A model generated the notes under the pieces. That model was given only the letters and a program-made list of their open reading frames with translations. It searched no databases and was not told where the DNA came from. This document shows, piece after piece, positions 7,678 through 15,194 of a stretch of DNA of 26,497 nucleotides. The position numbers and the translations under genes were made by a program. Position 1 is the first letter of the stretch, and every line of letters starts with the position of its first letter. The stretch spans positions 1 through 26,497 of the forward strand of contig JBQCEX010000109.1 of NCBI GenBank assembly GCA_051959855.1, read 5' to 3'. This stretch comes from Flavipsychrobacter sp. Lineage in GTDB: Bacteria > Bacteroidota > Bacteroidia > Chitinophagales > Chitinophagaceae.

Positions 7678-8277
7678 ATGTTCTATTCATTTAAGGGCTT
7701 TATTCCAGTGGTTCATCCCTCTTCTTTCGTACATCCTCTTGCCGCAGTAACAGGCAATGTGGTGATAGGCAAAGACGTATATATAGGCCCGGGCGCTGCG
7801 CTGCGTGGCGACTGGGGAGGTATAGTAATAGAGGACGGCTGCAATGTGCAGGAAAGCTGCACGATACATATGTTTCCGGGGGTAACGGTGCTGCTGAAAG
7901 AAGCGGCGCATATAGGTCATGGGGCTATCATACACGGGGCTACAATAGGTCGTAATGTAATGGTAGGCATGAATGCTGTAATAATGGACGAAGTAGAGAT
8001 TGGTGATGAAAGTATAATAGGTGCAATGGCTTTTATAAATGCCAATACTAAAATACCATCCCGGTCGCTGGTAGTAGGCAACCCCGGCAAGATAATAAAG
8101 CAGGTGAGCGATGAAATGATAGCCTGGAAGACCAAGGGAACCCGCCTGTATCAAACCCTGCCTAAGGATTGTTATGATAGCCTTCGGGAATGCGAGCCGC
8201 TGCGGGAAATGCCAGCCAACCGTCCAACGCAGGAGTCACTTTACGAAATCTGGAATAAGATAAAGAACGAGCAATAG
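7678..8277 (+). CDS. paaY: PaaY-like hexapeptide-repeat (gamma-carbonic anhydrase family) protein
   Basis: PVVHPSSFVHPLAAVTGNV..G...IGPGAALRGDWG.I....CNVQESC..H...HIGHGAIIHG and the C-terminal WKTKGT.LYQ.L...C..SL...EPL pattern typical of PaaY. The ATG at 7678 is preferred over the TTG at 7657. Confidence 0.75.
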   Translation: MFYSFKGFIPVVHPSSFVHPLAAVTGNVVIGKDVYIGPGAALRGDWGGIVIEDGCNVQESCTIHMFPGVTVLLKEAAHIGHGAIIHGATIGRNVMVGMNAVIMDEVEIGDESIIGAMAFINANTKIPSRSLVVGNPGKIIKQVSDEMIAWKTKGTRLYQTLPKDCYDSLRECEPLREMPANRPTQESLYEIWNKIKNEQ

Positions 8278-8285
8278 ACAGTGCT

Positions 8286-8327
8286 AAAAAAGAAAAAGGT
8301 CAGATTCCGTAGAAACTGACCTTTCTT
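8286..8327. terminator. Bidirectional intrinsic terminator between convergent paaY and arsR-family genes
   Basis: AAAGGTCAG (8295-8303) pairs with CTGACCTTT (8316-8324), flanked by A-rich and T-rich tails. Confidence 0.75.
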
Positions 8328-8355
8328 AAAATGGGTAATCTGGGAAATTATCTAA

Positions 8356-8718
8356 TTAAGCTTCATCAGAATTAACCAGGTCATTCACAAATTTAGCCAC
8401 AGATGCTATACGTGCATGATTCAGCGCATAGTGGATAAATTTACCATCACGCTCAGTAATCACGATGTTAGCACGACGAAGGATAGCTAGGTGCTGAGAC
8501 GCAACAGACTGTTCGAGACGCAGTTTCACATAGATATCAGTTACATTCATGCGTTTGTTTTCTTCCAGCAACTTCACTATTTGCTGACGCAGTTTGTGGT
8601 TAATGGCTCTCAGTGTCATTGCAGCACTTTTTACAGCCATGTAATCTAATTTAATGTGTTCGTTCGAACCCTCGTCCTTGCGAATTACCAGCGTGTTAGC
8701 TGACATTGTCGTTTCCAT
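8356..8718 (-). CDS. ArsR/SmtB-family winged-helix transcriptional regulator
   Basis: LRAINHKLRQQIVKLL...NVTDIY..L.LEQSVASQHLAILRRANIV...RDGKFIHY; no metal-binding Cys. Confidence 0.9.
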   Translation of the reverse strand: METTMSANTLVIRKDEGSNEHIKLDYMAVKSAAMTLRAINHKLRQQIVKLLEENKRMNVTDIYVKLRLEQSVASQHLAILRRANIVITERDGKFIHYALNHARIASVAKFVNDLVNSDEA

Positions 8719-8815
8719 TTACATTAAAATTTTACAGGAGTTAAAAAATAATTACTTCTCTTATTGCTTAAAAAGCGTTAATAGACGCGGTCTATACCGC
8801 TTCGATAACAATATG

Positions 8816-8823
8816 CAAACATA
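8816..8823 (-). promoter_or_regulatory. Sigma-A -7 box (TATGTTTG) for the ArsR-family gene
   Basis: Exact TAnnTTTG match on the minus strand ~98 nt upstream of the ATG at 8718; a GCGGT-ctat-ACCGC hairpin (8787-8800) lies in the leader. Confidence 0.45.
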
Positions 8824-8915
8824 CTATAGTAAATAATATGAAACAACCTTTTAAATGCACATTCTGTTAACCTTGCGTTAAAAAAAACTTCAATAATATT
8901 TTTTAACAATAATAA

Positions 8916-9599
8916 TTAATTGATTTTGTTTGATTTATGTGTGAAAACTTGTTTCAAATAGAAAGGTTCTGCTGTGGATAAATTGACAAAGGCTTGACAC
9001 TTATATTGTTCGTATGCATACATAGCCCACGCATCTTTATCTATTAACTTATTAGGAATAATAACAGCTTTTTTAACATTATATATATTTTCTATTTGTT
9101 TGTCTGTTTCACCCGTTATTAACAGCCTGCCATTGATGCCATCTAGTAATTCTTCAAGCTCAGCCGCATGTATATGTTGTGGCTCTATGTATACTTTAAA
9201 TTCTTTATCATAGGCTCCGATGAAAAATTCATTTTCTCGGGCAATGAGCATACTCAAAAAAACATCATATTCATTCAAATTGTTATACTGCTGCCATGCG
9301 AGTAAAGTGAGTTTATTATCTAATAATAAAGGTTTATCCAAGGCATAACATAAGCCCTTTGCTGTGCCCATGCCTATACGCAACCCCGTGTAAGAACCTG
9401 GACCTGCACATACTGTTATAGCGCTAAGCTGCTGCATTGCAATGTTTGCTTCACTAAGTACCCCGTCAATTAACGTATTTATTAAAGCCGACTGGTTCTT
9501 GCTGTCTTCTATAGATTTGGCTGATACGATGTGCCCATCGGCGGATATGGCTACGAAGCCATTATCAGCGGAAGTATCTATGTGTAATAAGTATGTCAT
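8916..9599 (-). CDS. tsaB: tRNA t6A biosynthesis protein TsaB
   Basis: LLHIDTS N-terminus; AITVCAGPGSYTGLRIGMGTAKGLCYALDKPL signature; C-terminal EPFYLK. Confidence 0.93.
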   Translation of the reverse strand: MTYLLHIDTSADNGFVAISADGHIVSAKSIEDSKNQSALINTLIDGVLSEANIAMQQLSAITVCAGPGSYTGLRIGMGTAKGLCYALDKPLLLDNKLTLLAWQQYNNLNEYDVFLSMLIARENEFFIGAYDKEFKVYIEPQHIHAAELEELLDGINGRLLITGETDKQIENIYNVKKAVIIPNKLIDKDAWAMYAYEQYKCQAFVNLSTAEPFYLKQVFTHKSNKIN

Positions 9600-9610
9600 G
9601 GTTTGAATGG

Positions 9611-9638
9611 CAAAAATAGGGTGAGCGTATTACATTTG
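9611..9638. promoter_or_regulatory. Back-to-back sigma-A -7 boxes for divergent tsaB (TATTTTTG, 9618-9611, minus) and ridA (TACATTTG, 9631-9638, plus)
   Basis: Two exact TAnnTTTG matches in the 44-nt spacer, each a few nt before its ATG. Confidence 0.6.
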
Positions 9639-9643
9639 CAGCT

Positions 9644-10024
9644 ATGGAAAAGAAAATCGTTAATACTAATAATGCACCTGCGCCAATAGGGCCATATAAC
9701 CAGGCAATACAATTCGGTAATCTGCTTTTCGTATCGGGGCAAATATCGCTGGATGCTGCTACGGGCAGCCTGGTGCAAGGTGATATAAAGACTGAAACGC
9801 ACAAAGTGATGGAAAACCTGGCTGCGATACTAAAAGAAGCAGGCATGGATTTCTCAAACGTATTGAAGTCAACAATATTTCTGATGGACATGGGGCAGTT
9901 TGCACAAGTGAACGAAGTATATGGCAGCTATTTTAAAGATAATGCCCCTGCGCGTGAAACAGTGCAAGTGGCAGGCTTGCCGCGTGGTGTGAACGTGGAA
10001 ATATCTGTGATAGCAGGCAAATAA
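9644..10024 (+). CDS. ridA: RidA (YjgF/YER057c/UK114) family reactive-intermediate deaminase
   Basis: APAPIGPYNQA, LFVSGQI, VNEVYGSYF, PARETVQVAGLPRGVNVEI. Confidence 0.9.
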   Translation: MEKKIVNTNNAPAPIGPYNQAIQFGNLLFVSGQISLDAATGSLVQGDIKTETHKVMENLAAILKEAGMDFSNVLKSTIFLMDMGQFAQVNEVYGSYFKDNAPARETVQVAGLPRGVNVEISVIAGK

Positions 10025-10051
10025 TAATCAACATACAGTGTGAAATACTGG

Positions 10052-10090
10052 AATGGAATGTGCTTAACTGTAGAGCGCATTCCATTTTTT
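10052..10090 (+). terminator. Intrinsic terminator of ridA
   Basis: GGAATGTGCT (10055-10064) pairs with AGCGCATTCC (10074-10083), followed by ATTTTTT. Confidence 0.75.
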
Positions 10091-10326
10091 ATGATCGTTT
10101 GTAGCATAGGATATAGGACTGTAGCGGCTTTCAAATAAAAGCTAAAAATTGGGGATAGTATGTGAGTGTATATGAAGTATTCCATTGCATGTATAATGCG
10201 ATATGGTGAATTGCTGTGGATACAATGAGCAGTGATAGCATTGTTTGCATGATAATCTAAAGGTTTACAGGTGATTAAATAAAATTGAGCTTTTGGGGAT
10301 ATGCTGTGAATGAAAGTAGTTAAGAC

Positions 10327-10356
10327 AGCAGTGGAATGCAATTGCATCCCACTGCT
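10327..10356 (-). terminator. Hairpin downstream of glnS, probable terminator
   Basis: Minus strand AGCAGTGGGATGC-aatt-GCATTCCACTGCT (13-bp stem, one G-U) ~25 nt after the glnS stop; the U-tract is weak. Confidence 0.55.
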
Positions 10357-10381
10357 ATTATTCATATTGTTATTTAATGTT

Positions 10382-12061
10382 TTATCCTTTCTTCATTTCT
10401 TTTGCCCATGCATCTTTCAGTGTAACTGTACGGTTGAAGATGACCTTGTCAGGGGTGCTGTCTTTATCTACACAGAAGTAGCCTTTGCGCATGAACTGGA
10501 AGCGTTCGCCGGGTTGTGCTGCTGCCAAGCCGGGTTCTATGTATACCTGAGGCAGAACGTCCATAGAATCCGGATTGATGTAGTCTTTGAAATCACCTTC
10601 TTCGCTGGAAGGATCTTCTACGCGGAAGAGACGATCGTAAAGGCGGACCTCAGCTGTTTTGGCATGTGGTATGCTGACCCAATGAATAGTGCCTTTTACT
10701 GATATGCCGCTGGTATCGCTGCCGCTTTTGGTTTCGGGCAGGTATTCGCAAAGCACTTCGGTAACGTTGCCCTGCTCATCTTTATTGAAGCCTGTGCAGC
10801 GTACTATGTATGCATTCTTTAAGCGCACCATGAGACCGGGGCCAAGGCGGAAGAATTTCTTTGGTGGTTCTTCCATAAAGTCCTCGCGTTCTATCCACAG
10901 CTCGCGGCTGAAATGGAGCTTACGGCTGCCAGCACTTGCGTCTTCAGGATTGTTCTCTGAATTGAATATTTCTTCTTGTCCCTCTGGGTAATTGGTGATC
11001 ACTAACTTTACCGGATCGAGGACAGCCATGACACGGTTGGCAGTTTTGTTGAGCTGCTCGCGTACGCAGAATTCTAACAGGCCTACATCTACAATGTTTT
11101 CACGTTTGGCTATACCTATGGTATCGCAGAACTGACGGATAGCCTCCGGCGGATAACCGCGGCGGCGCATACCGCTGATAGTAGGCATACGTGGATCGTC
11201 CCAGCCATTGACATGCTTTTCATTTACCAGCTGCAGCAGCTTGCGCTTGCTCATAACCGTATAGGTAAGGTTGCGGCGGGCAAACTCGTACTGGTGAGAA
11301 GGGAATATCTCCAGCTTCTCAATGAACCAATCGTAAAGCGGGCGGTGATGTATGAACTCGAGCGTGCATATAGAATGTGTAATATGCTCAATGCTATCGC
11401 TCTGACCATGAGCGAAGTCGTACATGGGGTAGATGCACCATGCATCGCCTGTGCGGTGATGGTGTGCATGCTTGATGCGGTACATGAGCGGATCGCGCAG
11501 CAGCAGGTTAGGATGTGCCATGTCTATCCTGGCACGTAATGTCTTTTCACCATCCTTGTATTTGCCGGCACGCATATCTGCAAACAGCTGCAGGTTTTCC
11601 TCTACACTGCGGTTGCGGTAAGGGCTTTCCTTGCCGGGCTCTGTGGTAGAACCTTTAGTAGCCGCAATTTCATCAGCGCTCAGGTCATCCACATAAGCAA
11701 GGCCTTTTTTGATGAGTGTGACAGCAAACTGATATAGCTGCTCGAAATAATCTGAGGCGTATAACTCATTGGCCCATTCGCTGCCGGTGCCCTGGAGCAA
11801 CCATTTAATGTCAGCCTTTATGCTTTCTACATATTCAGTTTCCTCTGTTACCGGGTTGGTATCGTCGAAGCGGAGGTTGCATTTGCCATTGTATTTACGG
11901 GCCAAACCAAAGTTGAGGCAGATGGATGTAGCATGGCCTATGTGCAGGTAGCCATTCGGTTCCGGTGGGAAGCGCGTATGTATGCGGCCCCCGTTTTTGC
12001 CTTCGGCAATATCCTGTTCTATTATCTCTTCTAAAAAATTGAGTGACTTTTCTTCGCTCAT
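10382..12061 (-). CDS. glnS: Glutamine--tRNA ligase
   Basis: [15 protein letters not shown] (HIGH motif), [35 protein letters not shown]. The true start is MSEEKSLNF at 12061, preceded by a TACCTTTG -7 box; the ORF-track extension to 12148 is not coding. Confidence 0.97.
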   Translation of the reverse strand: MSEEKSLNFLEEIIEQDIAEGKNGGRIHTRFPPEPNGYLHIGHATSICLNFGLARKYNGKCNLRFDDTNPVTEETEYVESIKADIKWLLQGTGSEWANELYASDYFEQLYQFAVTLIKKGLAYVDDLSADEIAATKGSTTEPGKESPYRNRSVEENLQLFADMRAGKYKDGEKTLRARIDMAHPNLLLRDPLMYRIKHAHHHRTGDAWCIYPMYDFAHGQSDSIEHITHSICTLEFIHHRPLYDWFIEKLEIFPSHQYEFARRNLTYTVMSKRKLLQLVNEKHVNGWDDPRMPTISGMRRRGYPPEAIRQFCDTIGIAKRENIVDVGLLEFCVREQLNKTANRVMAVLDPVKLVITNYPEGQEEIFNSENNPEDASAGSRKLHFSRELWIEREDFMEEPPKKFFRLGPGLMVRLKNAYIVRCTGFNKDEQGNVTEVLCEYLPETKSGSDTSGISVKGTIHWVSIPHAKTAEVRLYDRLFRVEDPSSEEGDFKDYINPDSMDVLPQVYIEPGLAAAQPGERFQFMRKGYFCVDKDSTPDKVIFNRTVTLKDAWAKEMKKG

Positions 12062-12068
12062 AGCGCTG

Positions 12069-12076
12069 CAAAGGTA
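12069..12076 (-). promoter_or_regulatory. Sigma-A -7 box (TACCTTTG) of glnS
   Basis: Exact TAnnTTTG match, followed by CAGCGCT and then the ATG. Confidence 0.65.
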
Positions 12077-12086
12077 AATAATTATA

Positions 12087-12146
12087 AATGTGGTAATGTG
12101 ATGGAATGCGGCAATGTGTCGGAATGTGATAGCATGCTGCAATGTC
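12087..12146. repeat. Degenerate tandem repeat of AATGTG-type units, 18-nt period
   Basis: AATG(T/C)(G/C) at 12087, 12095, 12105, 12113, 12123 and 12141; units 12087-12104 and 12105-12122 are 14/18 identical. Confidence 0.65.
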
Positions 12147-12160
12147 ACATTTGTGGGAGA

Positions 12161-12461
12161 TTTTTCTTTTGGGACATTTTGAGTAGCTGAAACGACTGTA
12201 AGTATTGATTTTACTGGCTTATTAAAGATTTAGTAAAAGTAACATCACTACGCAAAAACTACCCAAAAGGTTACAAAATGTCGCATTTTGATTTTAGCCA
12301 TGAGTTGTAAGTCGTTAGTCAAAACTTATTAAAGGGTTTACAGTATATCAAAGAGCATTGATGTGTTCTTTGTGGGAACACACCCCTGACCCCTCTCAGA
12401 GGGAGGGGTTGTGCAAGATACTATGCGCGAGATGCGGATTCCAAATTAAGATGTCCACATT
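12161..12461 (-). repeat. Dispersed modular repeat, copy 2 (inverted relative to copy 1)
   Basis: Blocks A 12461-12439, B 12354-12333, C 12288-12236 and D 12180-12161 match copy 1 in reverse complement. Confidence 0.9.
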
Positions 12462-12638
12462 CCCGTATTTGATAATACAAGAGCTATTGCTTGATATGCA
12501 GCGCTCGTTTATGTTATTTCGACATTGCCCTGTTATGGTTGTTGGTATCGCTCATTCACGCTGCCCTCCTACATATCAACAACGGAGAAAATAATTTAGT
12601 TTTAGGATTTATGAATCGCAGTTGTAAAATGAAATAAA

Positions 12639-13217
12639 TTGAAAACTTCCACTGCTTTGTTCTGTATTTTATTCTGCTTGTCCTGCGTTACTTCATATAA
12701 AGCGAGGCACAATGGCGTTTATAAGTTGCATGAATATGGGAATTCAAAATCTTTAAGCCACGTTAATAAACCATTTTATTTCAGGTATAGCATTGCAAAT
12801 GAACAGATAAGTATTTGGTCTAATGACTCGTTGCATTATTTAGAAGAAGTATTTTGCTACACTGCACGGCTGGATAAAAAGAAGCGCCGATACTATGGAA
12901 TGAATTTTCAAATTCCAGATAGTGTTACAAACAAAATTATCGGGAAATTTAATTCTTTAGGTGTACGTAAGACTCTTGTAGAAGATTCATGCTCACACTT
13001 TACAACGTGTGATGATTGTGGGCCAAAAGAATATGAATATTCCAGTTCAGGGCAATACATTCATAAAATGTGTTTTTCAGATAGAGGGTATCAAACTATG
13101 GATTCCTTTGGCAATTATATTGAGCAATGCGTGGAAGCGAATAAAAAATTTAATTTATTCATTGAACGCCTTCCTCATGGCGAATATCAAAAAAATATGG
13201 TTACATTAATCAAATAA
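12639..13217 (+). CDS. Hypothetical Cys-rich protein, possible lipoprotein; may extend in-frame to 13337
   Basis: 192-codon ORF with TTG start, hydrophobic N-terminus ending in LSC and a CxxC (CDDC); AT-rich; no family recognised. Confidence 0.6.
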   Translation: MKTSTALFCILFCLSCVTSYKARHNGVYKLHEYGNSKSLSHVNKPFYFRYSIANEQISIWSNDSLHYLEEVFCYTARLDKKKRRYYGMNFQIPDSVTNKIIGKFNSLGVRKTLVEDSCSHFTTCDDCGPKEYEYSSSGQYIHKMCFSDRGYQTMDSFGNYIEQCVEANKKFNLFIERLPHGEYQKNMVTLIK

Positions 13218-13370
13218 GAAGATTACCCTAGCTATTTCACACTGTGGTTGGAATATTGCAGCGACCATGTGGGCGGCTTTCTGGTGACAAACCAGCAAGA
13301 GAAGAAGAAGATAAATGACTGGAATAAATGTGCGTAATAAATATTAGTATTGAAAACAATTTCTTTTGAC

Positions 13371-13913
13371 ATGAAATACCTCATTTACTTTATCACAATC
13401 CTGTTTGCAAATAAATGCATGGCGCAGAAAAGAGTGGATTTTAGATCATTTATTCCTAACTCATCTTTAAGAAGTTCAAATGAATCTGTTATAGAGTATC
13501 TTTTAGATACAACTGCTAACCGGTTTTTGTCACTTGCAAACGATGGCAGATCAGCTTTGCATAAAGCGATAAAAGATGGATTTGAGGAAGGTAAGCAAAC
13601 AGATAGGCTTGGATCATACACTTATCCTTCAACATTGAAAAGAAGAGATCTTAATATTCAGTTTGTAAATTGGACCAACCTGTATGGCCTTGAGGACGGA
13701 GATAGTGCATGGAACAATACTGTCTTTACCTGTTTAATATTTATTCCGGTAATGATAGAAGAAATGAAAGGCGAAAGTGTGCTTACTATCTGTTTCAAAA
13801 CCGAATTTGAAATTTCAGGGGATGGGCCTTTAGGTGGCAAGAGCAAAGAAGAAAAGGAATTTAGAATAAAGAAACTGAATATGTATATGGTAGACGGTAA
13901 AGAAATTAAATAA
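13371..13913 (+). CDS. Hypothetical secreted protein
   Basis: MKYLIYFITILFANKCMAQ is a Bacteroidota-style signal peptide with Q at +1; AT-rich; no family recognised. Confidence 0.65.
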   Translation: MKYLIYFITILFANKCMAQKRVDFRSFIPNSSLRSSNESVIEYLLDTTANRFLSLANDGRSALHKAIKDGFEEGKQTDRLGSYTYPSTLKRRDLNIQFVNWTNLYGLEDGDSAWNNTVFTCLIFIPVMIEEMKGESVLTICFKTEFEISGDGPLGGKSKEEKEFRIKKLNMYMVDGKEIK

Positions 13914-13930
13914 CAATTGAATTTTATACT

Positions 13931-14478
13931 ATGCTTTACAAAGACAAGCTCGAAGCACCCCGCCTCATTACACGCTTTGTGACGCAGGAAGATGTGCCTG
14001 TGTGGCTGGAGTATTGCAGTGACCCTGTGGCGACGGAATTTACCGGATTGAGTGATAAGACACCTGAAGAGATGGCGCTGGAAGTAATGAAGATAACCCT
14101 GAAAAGATATGAAGAGGGACGACTGGGCCTGCAGGCGCTGATAAGTAAAGAGACGGGCGAAATGATAGGGAAGTGCGGCCTGCTGATACAGCATGAAGTG
14201 AACGGAAAGACAGAGCTGGAAATAGGCTACCACCTGATACGCAGATATTGGGGGCAGGGCTATGCTATTGAGGCTGCACAAATGTTCAGAGATTATGCTT
14301 TTGAAAATGATATGGCGGATTCTGTTGTGTCAATAATAGATCCTTTAAACATTGCCTCTCAAAAGGTGGCATTACGAAATGGTAGAAGCTGGTGGATAAG
14401 GAAGCTACCTTCAGAGATAATATTTATTACCTGTACCGGATAACTAAAGAGGAGTGGATGGAACTGCGGGGTAAATAG
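13931..14478 (+). pseudogene. RimJ/RimL-type GNAT acetyltransferase with a single-base frameshift near 14384 (or a sequencing error)
   Basis: RLITRF...IGKCGL...ELEIGYHL.RRYWGQGYA.EAA...SIIDPLNIASQKVALRNG, after which the natural-looking tail KLVDKEATFRDNIYYLYRITKEEWMELRGK* continues in another frame from 14386. Confidence 0.75.
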
Positions 14479-14509
14479 AGAAATACATATATTAGCCAAG
14501 ACTACCCTT

Positions 14510-15151
14510 ATGAAAAAATTGCTACTATTAATCTTTTTAATGCCGTTTGCGCTTTATGCGCAGCAAAGCGATGAGCGCTATGAGCTAGACAGGACAATAG
14601 CACTGCCGGGGAAACATGCGGGTGGTATCTTCATGAAAGCATATAACTATACGCATGGTAATTCAGTTGATTTTTATGTGGTGAATAATGGTGCGGAGCC
14701 AAAATATGAGCAGCTGCCGGACAGCTATATGGGTAATGGTATGAGTGATATGCTGGGCTATGTAGACTTCAACAGGGGCAAAGGGTTGGTAAGGGCAAGC
14801 GGGCTATTTGTGTATGAGCCAAAGGATACTAATGGATGTATGCAGCTTGTGGTAATAGCGTGTGATGTGGAAATACGATGCGTGAAAGGCGAGGCTGATG
14901 TAACGATAACTAATTTGCGCTACTGCAATTACAAGCGTAACAGCGACCGCAGCGACGTATTGCGAATAGGCAATGCGCAGCAGCAAGAGCCAGGTAAAGG
15001 TAGGTATGAACGACTGCTGGCAAGCAATGTGTGCCCGGAAGAGATGGCAGCGCTGAAGACTTTTGTGCAAAATGCAGGTAATGAAATGCTGGACAGGATA
15101 GATGAGGGAATGGGCGGTGCACAAGGCAAGCTGAAAGAAATAGATTGGTAA
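14510..15151 (+). CDS. Secreted protein, DUF4468-like, paralog A
   Basis: Signal peptide (ALYAQ); central CMQLVVIACDVEIRC...VTITNLRY; ends KEIDW. The family assignment is tentative. Confidence 0.65.
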   Translation: MKKLLLLIFLMPFALYAQQSDERYELDRTIALPGKHAGGIFMKAYNYTHGNSVDFYVVNNGAEPKYEQLPDSYMGNGMSDMLGYVDFNRGKGLVRASGLFVYEPKDTNGCMQLVVIACDVEIRCVKGEADVTITNLRYCNYKRNSDRSDVLRIGNAQQQEPGKGRYERLLASNVCPEEMAALKTFVQNAGNEMLDRIDEGMGGAQGKLKEIDW

Positions 15152-15194
15152 ATAGTTTGGCTTGTTATTTGCTTCTTGTCATCTAAATCGCTTT

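Noticed and set aside
8843-8870. ACAACC-N16-TGTTAA, ECF-like promoter on the plus strand
   Set aside because: It points into the 3' end of tsaB with no sense gene, the -10 lacks CGT, and a chance match is likely in AT-rich DNA.
9928-10365. 145-aa minus-strand ORF and 130-aa plus-strand ORF (10310-10702) around the ridA-glnS gap
   Set aside because: They overlap ridA or glnS and both terminators, and have no motifs.
12087-12146. Possible CRISPR-like or iteron array
   Set aside because: The units are 6-18 nt and degenerate with no unique spacers; no cas or rep gene is in the window.
12062-12148. 29-aa N-terminal extension of GlnS in the ORF track
   Set aside because: It is the translated AATGTG repeat and promoter region; a -7 box directly precedes the ATG at 12061.
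12358-12594. 78-aa ORF overlapping repeat copy 2
   Set aside because: It reads antisense across block A, and the equivalent frame is not preserved in copy 1.
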